Shown here one piece after another: positions 13,375 through 24,945 of a DNA stretch of 64,000 nt (the stretch's first letter is position 1; each line of letters opens with the position of its first letter). The notes under the pieces were generated by a model that was not told the origin of the DNA, did no database searches, and saw only the letters and a list, made by a program, of their open reading frames with translations. Both the position numbers and the translations under genes were made by a program. This DNA comes from Enoplolaimus lenunculus. Lineage: Eukaryota. The stretch is taken from positions 62,001 to 126,000 of the forward strand of contig JASANG010003810.1 of NCBI GenBank assembly GCA_030248215.1, given 5' to 3'.

Positions 13375-13820
13375 CTGTAGCGACGAGACTAAGAGGAGGA
13401 CTGATATTTATTTGTCTTTTCCAGAGGGTACCCCCTGTTATTCGGTTACGGACTGTTGTTTATTTTTAACCAACGTTTCGCCACCCTTTGTTAAAAATAT
13501 ATGTCCGGTACTGCGACTATCCGTTGAATTAAACGTTTTTGCCTTGTTTCAAAAGCTTGAGCGATAATGCAAGGTTAAATATACTTTGGAATTCTTTTCA
13601 AAACTTAAGTGCACTTTAAAGTTTCGAAATCAACTTTATTTGGTCCTGGAGTCATTTATGCGCTACAGTTAGGGATAACTGACATTTATGGACTCTAATT
13701 AGGATTTAGGGACTCAATCCGTTTACGGACTCTGATTACAGATCCGGATTTGTATTTATTGGGACTCAAAATGGGGACCCCCACTTATTACCCCGCACCC
13801 TCTTATTCGGGTCACTACAG
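13375..13820. mobile_element. TA-flanked MITE (CTGTAG...CTACAG termini)
   Basis: TA|CTGTAGCGAC...GTCACTACAG|TA. Related fragments at about 44410-44520, 54795-54963, 55438-55620. Confidence 0.7.
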
Positions 13821-14844
13821 TACAGATTTCACTCAGTAAGCAGTTTGTCCTTTCGCTACCCACACCTTCAGGCTTCAGGATTGTAACCAGCACAACCTGA
13901 TAGCGAAGGGACAACAATTTTAACATGAGCATTTGGATAGATTACATGCTTACAAGCAGTGCTAAATTTTTCCTGAGTAGGTTGGGCCACATTGTTTTAG
14001 TATGAAATCAGAGTTCAGGCCTATTGCCAGAAAGGGCTGAAAGGTTCACAGTCCATTGAACAATTTTAGCCATTTTATAAAAAAATTTTCAATCTTGCTT
14101 GTAATTCATCGTAAACCCTTTTATATATGCCAATATCGAAAAATATTTAGCATCCACTAGCAAGGTGAGCTGGCTACTGGCTTGGTCCGAATTATTTGGA
14201 TACACAGTAGCAGTTTCGAATAATGTACTACACTTTTAATATATTGTCGTGTACGAAAGTTTGTTTGATTTTCATGGTTTATGTAAACACAGTTTTCGCA
14301 GCCATTTGAGTGATAGAATTATAAACTCTAAACGGTAGAACAGAAGACAGAAGCATAAAATGCGATGTTTACAAAAAGATCTGGGGCAAAATACCCCCAT
14401 TTCAACCATTGGACTAAACATAGTGGATACATCACGGCCCCGGAGCCGAAAACGCAAAAAATCGGAACTACCACAGCGGCATTACAACCTACATCCGGTA
14501 CGCCTCTATGAATATATTTTATCGCTTGGTACCAGTACCTATCCTGATAAACGTGACACCAGGATATACGCTTGCGATCGAAGCTGGCGAAAAGTAATTT
14601 AGTTCTAAATAATAATACACCGTCTTGCTTTTGATCCTGCTTGGGACCTTAGCCTTGCTTGGGATCGCCTTGGATCAGCCAGTGCTTACTGCACCCGCTG
14701 GCAGAAGTGTTTGAAACTATGTTATCCAGTATGGTTTCGGCTAGGGTAACTGACCTGTCCACTCACCTACAAGGTTAGGGTTGGGTCGACAGCCGCGGCA
14801 CAGCAAGCAAGGTAACCCTTCGAGGTATAGGGTATAGTAAAAAT

Positions 14845-15034
14845 GACCCATGTATAGAACAGGGCCAGATCGTTTTCCGGAGGAGCTATAATAGAGTCAG
14901 TTTAAGTTTAGACTAGTTTTTTTGCTTAGGCTTAGGCTTAGGCTTAGGCTTAGGAATGGGCTCATCCATACGCTTAGGCTTAGGTTTAGGAATACGCTTA
15001 TACTACTGTTCCGGCCCTGTTCTATACATGGGCC
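14845..15034. mobile_element. TTAGGC-carrying MITE, subfamily A (Merlin-like), intact reference copy
   Basis: TIR CCCATGTATAGAACAGGGCC...GGCCCTGTTCTATACATGGGCC, perfect 8-bp TSD GTAAAAAT (14837-14844 / 15035-15042), internal (TTAGGC)n. Confidence 0.9.
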
Positions 15035-15294
15035 GTAAAAATGATGCGACTGGAAGCTAGTTTCCTCTTTGGCTTTTCAACGTAAAGTAACTTAGCGACG
15101 CTGGTTACCGTTAGAAATATTTCCTGTCTATTACTGATGTTCTTCTTGATGGTTTGTATTTTTAGGGCCAATTTTGAATTTATCAATGCTATCAGTGCTA
15201 CGCTATACTTTACTGTGCCGAACGCCGTGATGCGCCGCCGGACGTCCCTTAAACAAAAATATACGTAAACTCCATTTGGTGGCGTGCGGCAATC

Positions 15295-15453
15295 GGGCCC
15301 GTAGCCAAGCCAAAAGGCGCTCAACCCCGCTCGAAAAATTTTGCCCTCCCCCCAGAAAATTTTCAACCTTGCTTGTTACTCATTGAAAACTCTTGAATGC
15401 CCCTTCTGAAAAATGTTTTAGCCACCCTAGCAAGGTGAGCTGGCTACGGACCT
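15295..15453. mobile_element. CAGG(G/C)CCGTAGCCA-ended MITE family, about 160 bp (hAT-like)
   Basis: Terminal CGTAGCCA/TGGCTACG inverted repeats and conserved core CTAGCAAGGTGAGCTGGCTAC. Other copies at about 7528-7700, 13138-13302, 14016-14182, 21522-21686, 31118-31264, 33691-33860, 36988-37170, 39038-39200, 39832-39963, 56166-56328. Confidence 0.8.
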
Positions 15454-17932
15454 GGTGGCGATTTTTAATAGAAAAGTTTTCACTGTACCGCGCGCCGGCG
15501 TGCGGCAAGTATAGTACAGCCCTTATTCGTCCAATAATAAGTTTACTGATTGTTGTTGAAATTAGCTATTTTAACACTATTTTAACTGCACAATTTTGAT
15601 TCACTTTTAACCCTCATATTGAGATCGATTAAGATTTTACCACTTCCGGCTCCGGAATTGTCCGCTTGACATAAACCCTGCCTCCCCAATTTATTCATGT
15701 ATACCTGTCGCAGCATTGGTGCCTCCGGCTCAGGCAGAAAATCGACTTCTGGCTCAGAATCCGGTAGAATTCCTGTCGTACGTTCCGGCGCTTTTGGTAA
15801 TAAAATTTTGCAGTTTTACAATAACTTATTTGTTTTTGGTGTGTTTTGTTTTAACTTTTGCTTACTATTTTGATGAAAAATTGCCGAGATTTTGTAAAAA
15901 AGCGACCGTAATACTGAAACATTTAACAACATGTTACAGATTTGTAAAAAATTAACAAATCAAAACGTCTAATTTTAAGTACCTGATTTCGCTTCAACTC
16001 ACAGGCTTCAGTTCCGGTTACGCCAAGTTTTGTCCGCCTCCGGGTCCGGTTCCGGTATATTTCATCTTCATTATTCTTCTCGCTTTCGTCCTATACACAA
16101 ATTCCTGTATACCTTTCGGTCCATTTATTGCAAGTTTGCAATTTTAGTACAATTCACATTAACATTTAACTGCATAAAATAGCAAATAGCTGTACATCTT
16201 TATACACTGTTATTGTCCCTACGCCTGTAGTATGTAAGCTTGACTACCGTTTTAAGCTAAACTTCTACTGAGTTTACAAATGGTGTTCTATGAGTTTACA
16301 AAGTTTCTAAACGAGCTTGCAGGCTGCAGTAGTTTAAACGATTGAGAGACAGACGTGCAGGATGGGACTGATGATAAAGGGGGCCCATAACATTTGTAAG
16401 GTCGCAGAAGAAACTGTTCTTCGCATAGAATTGTTTTAATGTTGTCGAAAAAATTTTTGGGTCATGAGGGGGGGCGTAGGTGGTTATATGAGGTGCCCCC
16501 TGTCTTGCCTTCGCGTAGTTGTGACCCTGGATGGATGGATGGAGAACACTAGGCCTACTTAAAACATTTTGTGTCGCTATGACAAGTCTGCGTTGCTTCT
16601 ACTGCTTGTTTCGCCGTTTTAGTTTCGAAATTTAAATGTTTTTGCTTTACGCAACAGGAAAATAAACTTTACTTTAACGGTGTACATTTCTATATTGCAA
16701 AAATGCAGTTTAACCTGCATTTAAACGAGTGAAAATCAAAGGAAAATTTAGTGAAATTTCTGGTTTAGTAAAATATTTGAATTGGTTTACATTTTACGCT
16801 TTGATCGGCTGTGGCAGCGACAGTGACAGCTTAATGCTGTGTACTAATACCGATGTTTTAGCTTTTACCTGTTCACTAGAATTTTAACCTGGTTTACAAG
16901 TACACTTTGGTTTATAATGGTTCGTAAGTTACAAGATGTATCCTGTCGGCCCATGTAAAGATCAAATGCGCAACGCTTTTCTGTGGGACTAGAAAAGAGT
17001 AAGCTTAGCTTTAGACTAATTTTTTGGCTTGGCTTATAGACTAGGCTTAGGGTTAGGCTTAGGAATATGGTCATTCTAACGCTTAGGTAGAGGTTTAGGC
17101 TTAGACTTAGGCTTAGGAATCTGTTTATAATGCGCACGATCTTTACATTGGCCGCAGGCTTGAACGAAAATACAACTCTAAACTCTGAAAATTTAGCTTG
17201 CGTCAAAACACACAGCCTTCGCAGGCCGTTTCAAAAATTTACTCTGAAAAATATGGCCACGATGTACAGTTATATTTTGTGTAACTGAATTGAAATTTTA
17301 AAATATACCAACAACATTGCAAAAAAACAGTTTTTAAACCTTACAATATAGTGGGCACTCAACTATTTCTACAAAGCAGACATATTTTGCAAATTAAAAG
17401 CTAAAAATGTTTTAGCAAATATTAAAATCTTAAAAATAAACCTTAGTGCCGAAACAGACATGGGCGGAGACCACGTCCAAAATTACGGCGCGGGTGCCGA
17501 TTGCGATATTCAAAACATTTTTCAAATTTTTCGTTTAAACTCTTGCTAGAGTGAGGGCACGCTTTGGAGTGGGGGCCTCCAAAATGGTTAGTATGGGCGG
17601 TGACTGTTAAGACCCTGACTATCTCATCTTAGTGAATCCGTATAAAAACGTCCTGATGCTAAAGAAATATTATGTAAAAACGTTTTGTTCTGGAACATAA
17701 GGGATTCGGTGTACCTTCCAAAAAAACTATTCTCTTTATGCTCGTTTTTGTCAAAGTTTAAAATTGAAAAAAAATCAACATAAATGTTGGTCTGTAATTT
17801 CTTTACAAATTGTAATATTTCATATTAAAATACAGTTTTTCAGCTGTAAATTTACATTAAATTGTGCCATTTGATGCTTGCTTTATAATAAAGGGACCGA
17901 CTCCAAAAAACCGTTCAAATGCTTGTATTTTT

Positions 17933-18134
17933 GGCCCATGTAAAGATCAGCGGTGGAACGTTTTTCTGCGGGACCGCAATAGAGTAAGCTTAAGCTTTAG
18001 ACTAATTTTTTTGCTTGGCTTAGGTTTAGGCTTAGGTTTAGGAACTTGCTCATTCGTACGTTTAAGCTTAGGTTTAGGCTTAGACTTAGGAATATGCTTA
18101 TAATACTGTTCCGCCCCTGTTCTTTATATTGGCC
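17933..18134. mobile_element. TTAGGC-carrying MITE, subfamily A
   Basis: GGCC termini, 8-bp TSD GTATTTTT on both sides, internal TTAGGC/TTAGGT units. Confidence 0.88.
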
Positions 18135-18217
18135 GTATTTTTTGAACCATTAGAAGACGTAAATCTTGCCTTCATTTTTGATAACTTTTAAGCGACCAAC
18201 GTTGTTAATTATAAGGG

Positions 18218-18560
18218 CCTGCCCATTGGAAGACGGGTGGACTGAGAGAACTTAGAGTCGGGAGGTTTAGGCAGGGGATTGAGCGACCTGCCCGCTGAGA
18301 AACGGGTTACTGAGGAACTACAATGGGGAGGTTTAGGCTTAGGCTTGATTGGCCTGCTAAGCGACATACAGGTAGACTGAGGGACTTAAATTCGGTAGGC
18401 TTAAAGAAAGACGTGAAAGGCATGCCCGCTGAGACACAGGTAGACTGGCTGACTTAGAGCCAGGATGCTTAGGGTTAGGCTCTATAAGCGTGCCCACCGA
18501 GAAACAGGTAGACAGAGGTTTAAAGACGGAAGGTTTAGGTTTAGCCTTGAGTTTATGTTT
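18218..18560. repeat. Degenerate tandem repeat of about 70 bp containing TTAGGC
   Basis: Recurrent (C/G)TGCCC.CTGAGA.AC.GGT.GACTG...GGTTTAGGC, about 5 units. Confidence 0.65.
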
Positions 18561-20564
18561 ACGGTAGCGCATAAACTTAGTGGAAACACTGTTATACTTG
18601 GGTCTTTCGAGCCATTATTTACCGGTTCCGTTTTAAATTTTTAAGCTCAAGCCTAATTGACAGAAATTGTCCGTTTGACGACAAGTTATCGCGATTTTAC
18701 AGACCAGGTTTCCAAAACCATCAATTTTTGGGGGGAACGCCAAAGTTTTCGACAGAACCTTCGTCAATTCTGCAGTTTGGCTCAGAATATTCACAAATAA
18801 TTGACAATCCTCATGATTGTATCTTATCATGTGCTGTCGCTACAGTTCGCTTGTTTGAAAACCTATTACTATTTCGAGAGCGTAACCTTAAAGCCTAATA
18901 GTCTATCATATAATTCTAGTTCATTGCGAAAGGGGTGCAGCGTGTACGGGGAAGTAAACAAATTCGCAATGTTTGTCTCAGACTCGTAAAAATTATTAAC
19001 TCGAACATTAAATGCTTAAAGTCTGAACCCGATACAGTTTGGGATGCCCCAATACCATCTACTTCTTGGGGCTGGCATATAGCCAGATAAGCCTATAATT
19101 TCACATGTAACGAAATTATCGATGTAGATTGTTTGATCACATAGCTAACCGGAATAATAATTTTTTCGGCAAAAGACTCGTAACCCAAGCTATGGATGCC
19201 GCGATAACCATGTTCTGACCCGTTTACCAAATCAATACTATATATTGATTCCTGAAACATCTATAACTGTGTCGCTAGTGACCCCTCGCAAATTAACTCA
19301 GTCTTAAAGTAAACAATTTTGGATTGCAATTGTAGGGGCGCCCCGAAATTATTGCGTGCCCACCCAAATGTAAGTTTCTGCGGACGCGTCTGTGTCGTTG
19401 ATGTATATTATCATATTACCTCAATCGTCCAAAGTGAAAACAACAAAGAAATTGTGCCGCTATAAACGTTGAAATCGGGTCCGCTGAACTCACGCGGTCA
19501 GGTATACATACATGTATGTAAATACGTATTCGGTTGAAATTTGTACATACTGTGACACATTGCATTAATTGCCACTGCAAACACTGCAATTTTGCTTTTC
19601 CAAAATGTAAAAGTTAATGCAAATCAGAAAGATATTATATATACATATATATGTATGTATATATACATATATATAATATATACATATATAATATATATTA
19701 TATATATTTTATATATTTATACATATATATTTATATATATTTTTATATTAATATATAAATATATAATGTATATAATATATTTATGTTATTGAAGATATAT
19801 ACATAACATACATATGAAATCGCGTGCGAATATCAATATTGAAATTTCGGCTATCGAACTTCTTCCCTTGAACACCCGACGTTTGCCTTAAAATTTAAAC
19901 AGGACACGCCAAACAGAACCCAAATTGTTCTCGCAGACTCAAAATGATGCGTACATTTTGAGTGCAAAACAGCAACTGCAAACAGTTGTGCATGCCCCGC
20001 TGTGGTGTTGTGAATCGATACGAGGCATAAATATTCCTCCAAACTTATAGCTTCGGGTTTCGGGTACAACCAAATTTTTCCTACATTTTGCCATATTTAC
20101 ACAGCCCCTAAAGCCGGCTACGGAGACAATTTCTACGAGTTTGAAACGATTTATTGCGTATATTTTTTCGATGTTCACTCGTCGACCAATGCTGAGGCAC
20201 CGGTTTTGAGAGGACTGGTTAAATTATTTTACGGTTGTGAACGGAAAATGTTTGGCCTGGGTTGTGATATATTTTCTCGGCTGGTTTGTTTCTGGTTCTA
20301 AGTCTATAATTTTTCTTGATTTTAAAATTCAAATGGTAGAGTTGAGAGTAAAGACACAAAGCGACAATAATTTGAATGACCATTTTTGATTTCGAAAATT
20401 TGTTCGCTGTGGCTGTTGTACGCTACCTTCTGAAGGCTACTAGCGGATTCAAGGAGGGCATCCGCCTTTCCCGTGAGAAAATTGTTTGTGATAAACACGG
20501 ACGGTGATAAGAAGGACCTATGGGAGGGCGCATGTCCAATTTTTTGAATCTTTTAGGTTATCGT

Positions 20565-21214
20565 TCCAGCCAGCGTTTGTCCAAAGATGGTTGGATTTTA
20601 AAATTCTTTTCATATTTGAGCTCCTCATAACATCCACTAGTCATTTCATGGCCAAATTTGAATTTTTTATGATTTTGGCACCCAAAAACTTTTTGTTAAA
20701 AAGTTCGACAAATTATATGCCATTCGATGCAGCTTATGAAGCTGAGTCCAAAACTCGTCTAACTGATTTGACACGCAGCCAACGATTTGGAATAGACAAA
20801 TTATATACCATTCGACGCATCCTGCTGAGCTGAGTCCAACTGGATTAAAACTTTTACAGTCAAACTCATGGTTAACGGGTTATGGTCAAATGATTGATTT
20901 GGCACGCAGCCAACGATTTGGAACGGTGCCAAATCAATCATTTGACCATAACCCGTTAACCATGAGTTTGACTGTAAAAAATTTAACACAGCTGGACTCA
21001 GCTCAGCAGGATGCGTCGAATGGTATATAATTTGTCTAACTTTCAAGCAAGAGATTTTTAAGTCGAGGCGACCTTGGTCGTCTTTATGACATTTTAAAAA
21101 GTCGAATTTTTCAAAAATTCAAATATGGTCATGGAATGACCAGGCCAGGTTGTGAGAAGCTCAAATATGTGACAATTTTCAAAATCCAACCATTTTTGGC
21201 AAACACTGGCTGGG
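20565..21214. mobile_element. Foldback element with a near-perfect internal hairpin
   Basis: Outer TIR CCAGCCAGCGTTTG.CCAAA.ATGGTTGGATTTT; inner arms 20793-20905 and 20926-21038. Confidence 0.85.
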
Positions 21215-23396
21215 GAATATCCGAAAAGGACCTGCTATTTTAGATTACTTTTTTCACAAGGGTAAGTTTGAAAAGCAATTGATTACACACTGTAAATGAA
21301 ACCATAAAGGGGGCTTAGTTAATATGTGCGACACACAAATTTTTTTAACATTTTCTCAGGACAGACACCGACGGAAACTTACAACGTATGCAAAAAGTTT
21401 TCTCGGCTCGGATCATTGGTGGGGAGGGGGGCGCGACCCATCGCCCCTCCTTACCACGGTGATTGAATGGCAAGGTCAATACGTTGAGAAGGATGTAACG
21501 TCATTTTTCTGGAACTCAGCGCAGGTCCGTAGTCAGCTCACCGTGCTAAGGGGGGCTAAAAAATTTTCAGTACGCAAGGGTTTTCGTTGACTTACAAGCA
21601 AGGTTGAGAATTTTATAAAGGAGCCAAATTGTTTCAGGGGAGGGGTTGAGCTGCCCCTAAGCCTTCACCCGTGGCTACGAGCTCTACTGCGATTGACAGG
21701 CTCGCTGCTGCTATCGCCGCTTATAATTTGCTTTCTAAACCAACTTGATTAAATATTTAGTTTTCGACCCAGAATTCATAATTACATATTTTGTACGCCG
21801 CCGTAAGTCTCTTTAAAATATCATCCTTAAGCATTTCAACTGAACTTTTACTTGAAAACCGTTTCAACTTTAAAATCCAAGGCTGTCCCGAACACTTTGA
21901 AAGCTTACAATTTTAAGCCCTAAACCTGAACAGTGGGGTCCAGAACCTTCACGGGACACAATTTTTGGGTACACATTACAATCACGCCGTATGTTCAAAG
22001 ATTTTTCAAATCTGCAAGCGATGCGCTACAATTGATTCTGCTAATCCAGCCTGAGCCGTGAACGGTCACCAAGGCCCCTGTGACTACAATTATGATTCTA
22101 CCCCTGGTTTGCTACAAATCTCTCATCAACTATTTAAAGCGCTGTACCAGAAAGACAAGAGCGGCCATGCCTAAAAGTATAGAAGTTTAACTTTGTAAAA
22201 TAAATTATTCAAATATTGCCGAATTCTATATGCTTACCATGAGCGTTACCAGGGTTATACATATATATATACATTTATTTATATATATGTATATATATAT
22301 CACGGTTCATCCGAAATTCCGGTTAATTCCTGCAAAAATTTAATTCATGTTCCGGTTCCTGTACCTAGAATTCAAAGACGCAGAAACCGGAATTTTTTCG
22401 GTTTTGTAGCAAATTATTTCTAATCATTTCAATATTGGAAACTTCATCGTTGAAAAATTGTAATTTCGACATGAGCCTTTTGCGATTACTTCAATTTTGG
22501 TAATAAACTGTTTCTGCTGGATTTTTACAAAACTTGATGATGAAATAGCTGAAACTTCGCTTAAGCTATTTTTTCGCAAGTTTTTTAAAAAGTCCCACAG
22601 TAATTCGGCGATGAAAATCATTTCAAATTCCGGTTCCGGCCCTGCAAAGAAATTCAATTACTGTTTCTGTTCCTGTGCCGGCCAATTTTAATTCCTGTTG
22701 AAACCCTGAAAATTTATAAATATGTATGTATATATTGGCGTTTGTACTCTTCGACATTTTTAGGTTAGGCTCAGACTTAGGTTTAGCAAAAGGCTCACGT
22801 ATGTGACAGATCGTAAGCCGTTGCGTAAGCCTTTTCGTGAGCAGAAGAAAAGTATCACTATAAATTTCAATGAGTTGATTAATCAATCCAGCTAGCAAGT
22901 TGGTTATTTCTTTATTAACATCAATAAACATTAACTCAGTCTCACTGTGAGTTGAGTTGACTGTGGGTGAGTTGGTTAATTCAATTAGAATGAATTGAAT
23001 CCACTCAAAATTCTAAGCTATGATAGTCCTAACTCAGGCTGAGTGATTCAACTCAGTCTGAGTTAAAATCAACTCACTGAAATTTACAGTGTAGATTAAC
23101 TTGCTTTATTACTAAAACTGAAATAAACTTTTCCGAACCATTGGAGGGGTCTGTGTCCTCCCGTTCCCCCTCTTCATGGAAAAGTTACCCTGATTGTTGC
23201 ATTGTATGTCACAACCGCACAGAAACGGATGTTACCTTCTCGTCGTCGTATATAAATAAGTTGTCATATTTATTGATTTAAAATTACCATGGAAACTCAA
23301 ATGATAATTCTGCTGGTAGAGCATATTTGTTTAGTTAAATTTGAAAAAAATTCGTTTGAAAATTTACATCCTAATTTGAGACTGGATAAAATTTTA

Positions 23397-23581
23397 GGCC
23401 AATGTTACTTTAAGGGGCGTAACCGTAGATTAAGCGTTTTCCTAAGCGTAAGCCTAAGCGTTGCAAAAACGAGTTCCTAAGCCTAAGCCTAAGCCTAAGC
23501 AAAAAATTTTAATCTAGAATCTAAACATACTCTTTTATAGACGCACCAGAAACCTGGACGCGCCTTAAAGTAACTTGGGCC
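23397..23581. mobile_element. TTAGGC-carrying MITE, subfamily B
   Basis: TIR GGCCAATGTTACTTTAAGG...CCTTAAAGTAACTTGGGCC, 8-bp TSD AAATTTTA, internal GCCTAA array. Other copies at about 5677-5850, 9246-9443, 30057-30290, 53361-53790. Confidence 0.88.
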
Positions 23582-23631
23582 AAATTTTAAATGATTTATA
23601 TTTTTTACAAGGTTTCCAACTAGTGACCAAC

Positions 23632-24165
23632 AAGCCTAAACATAGGTCTTCCTAAACCTATTTGCAGCATTAAAGCTATTTCTATCCGTCTCAGCTTAGG
23701 CCTAAGCGTAAACATAGGTCTTCCTAAACCTATTTGCAGCATAAAAGCTATTTCTATCAGATATTAGCCAACAGCCGGTATTTTGAAATGTGTGTAGCCC
23801 CTATCACCACTTGGTGTTAGGTCCTGTAACTTTGGTACCAGCGCATGGTGAGAGTCGAAATTCGGCACACTGTTCGTTTTTGATTTGCCCTACTTCAGTC
23901 CAAATTTTGAAATCTGTAATTACATGTTTTCGTCAGTTTGAAAACCTATTGCTAACTGATGATAGGTGCTATACGCATTTGAGAATATAGGCCTTGGCCT
24001 AAGCCTAAACATACGTGTTCCTAAACGTATTTGCAACATAAAAGCTATTTTTATCAGTCTTAGCCTAGACCTAAAAGCCTAAACATTTGTGTTACTAAAC
24101 CTAATTGCATCATAAAAGCTATTTGTCAGTCTTAGCCTACGCCTAATCCTAAACATATAGGTGTT
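23632..24165. repeat. Interrupted tandem repeat of about 73 bp containing GCCTAA
   Basis: Recurrent GCCTAAACATAGGTCTTCCTAAACCTATTTGCAGCATAAAAGCTATTT. Confidence 0.75.
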
Positions 24166-24387
24166 TTCCGAGCGAAATTCTAATGAAATATTTTTACGAT
24201 TTATTTTTACTAAGTTTTTTAATTGAAAGCTTACATTATCGTTATGTAACCAACCGTATTTACAATTTTTAGACTGCACAGGTCTCCTATCCGTAAGGTT
24301 TTCGTCTCAAAATTATAAATTTTAGGGTAGCATTGTGACAAAAAAATGGATATTTTTAAACTTTAATTTAGGTAAATATTCGTTTAA

Positions 24388-24945
24388 CCCTTTCCCACAT
24401 GAATATTTTCTATTTTCCCTGAGACCTACTTTTATGCTAGGATTCGAACTCCAGTGACTGGAGTGGGAGGCGTATACCATCACCACTCAGCTATAGGAGC
24501 TTGACACTCGAGCCCGAGGGGGCTCTCACGTCTTGTGGTGACTTAGACTATGTATACGTTTTGCAATTGTTAAACACGGTGTGATATACATTATTTAACG
24601 TATATACGCTGCGCTTATTTGCCTATAGGCAACTCAATGTGAGAAGGGGCTATAGATAGTAAACTGAAAATTTTTCGCTTAACCCTTTCTCACATGAATA
24701 TTTTCTATTTCCCCTGAGACCTACTTTTATGCTAGGATTCGAACGCCAGTGACTGGAAAGGGAGGCGTATACCATCAGCACTCGGCTATAGGAGCTTGAC
24801 GCTCGAGCCCGAGGGGGCTCTCCCTTCTTGTGGTGATTTAGTACTATGTATACGTGTTGCAATTGTTAAACACTGTGCGATATATATTATTTAACGTATA
24901 TACACTGCGCTAAGTTGCCTATAGGCAACTCAATGTGAGAAGGGG
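24388..24945. mobile_element. Two adjacent piggyBac-type MITEs (24388-24649, 24683-24945) containing tRNA-like A/B boxes on the minus strand
   Basis: TTAA|CCCTTTCTCACAT...ATGTGAGAAGGGG|TTAA. Minus strand reads GCTCCTATAGCTGAGTGG...GTTCGAATCC. Confidence 0.85.

Noticed and set aside
24430..24500. Functional tRNA-Gly gene
   Set aside because: Acceptor stem and anticodon stem do not pair; lies within a repeated MITE.
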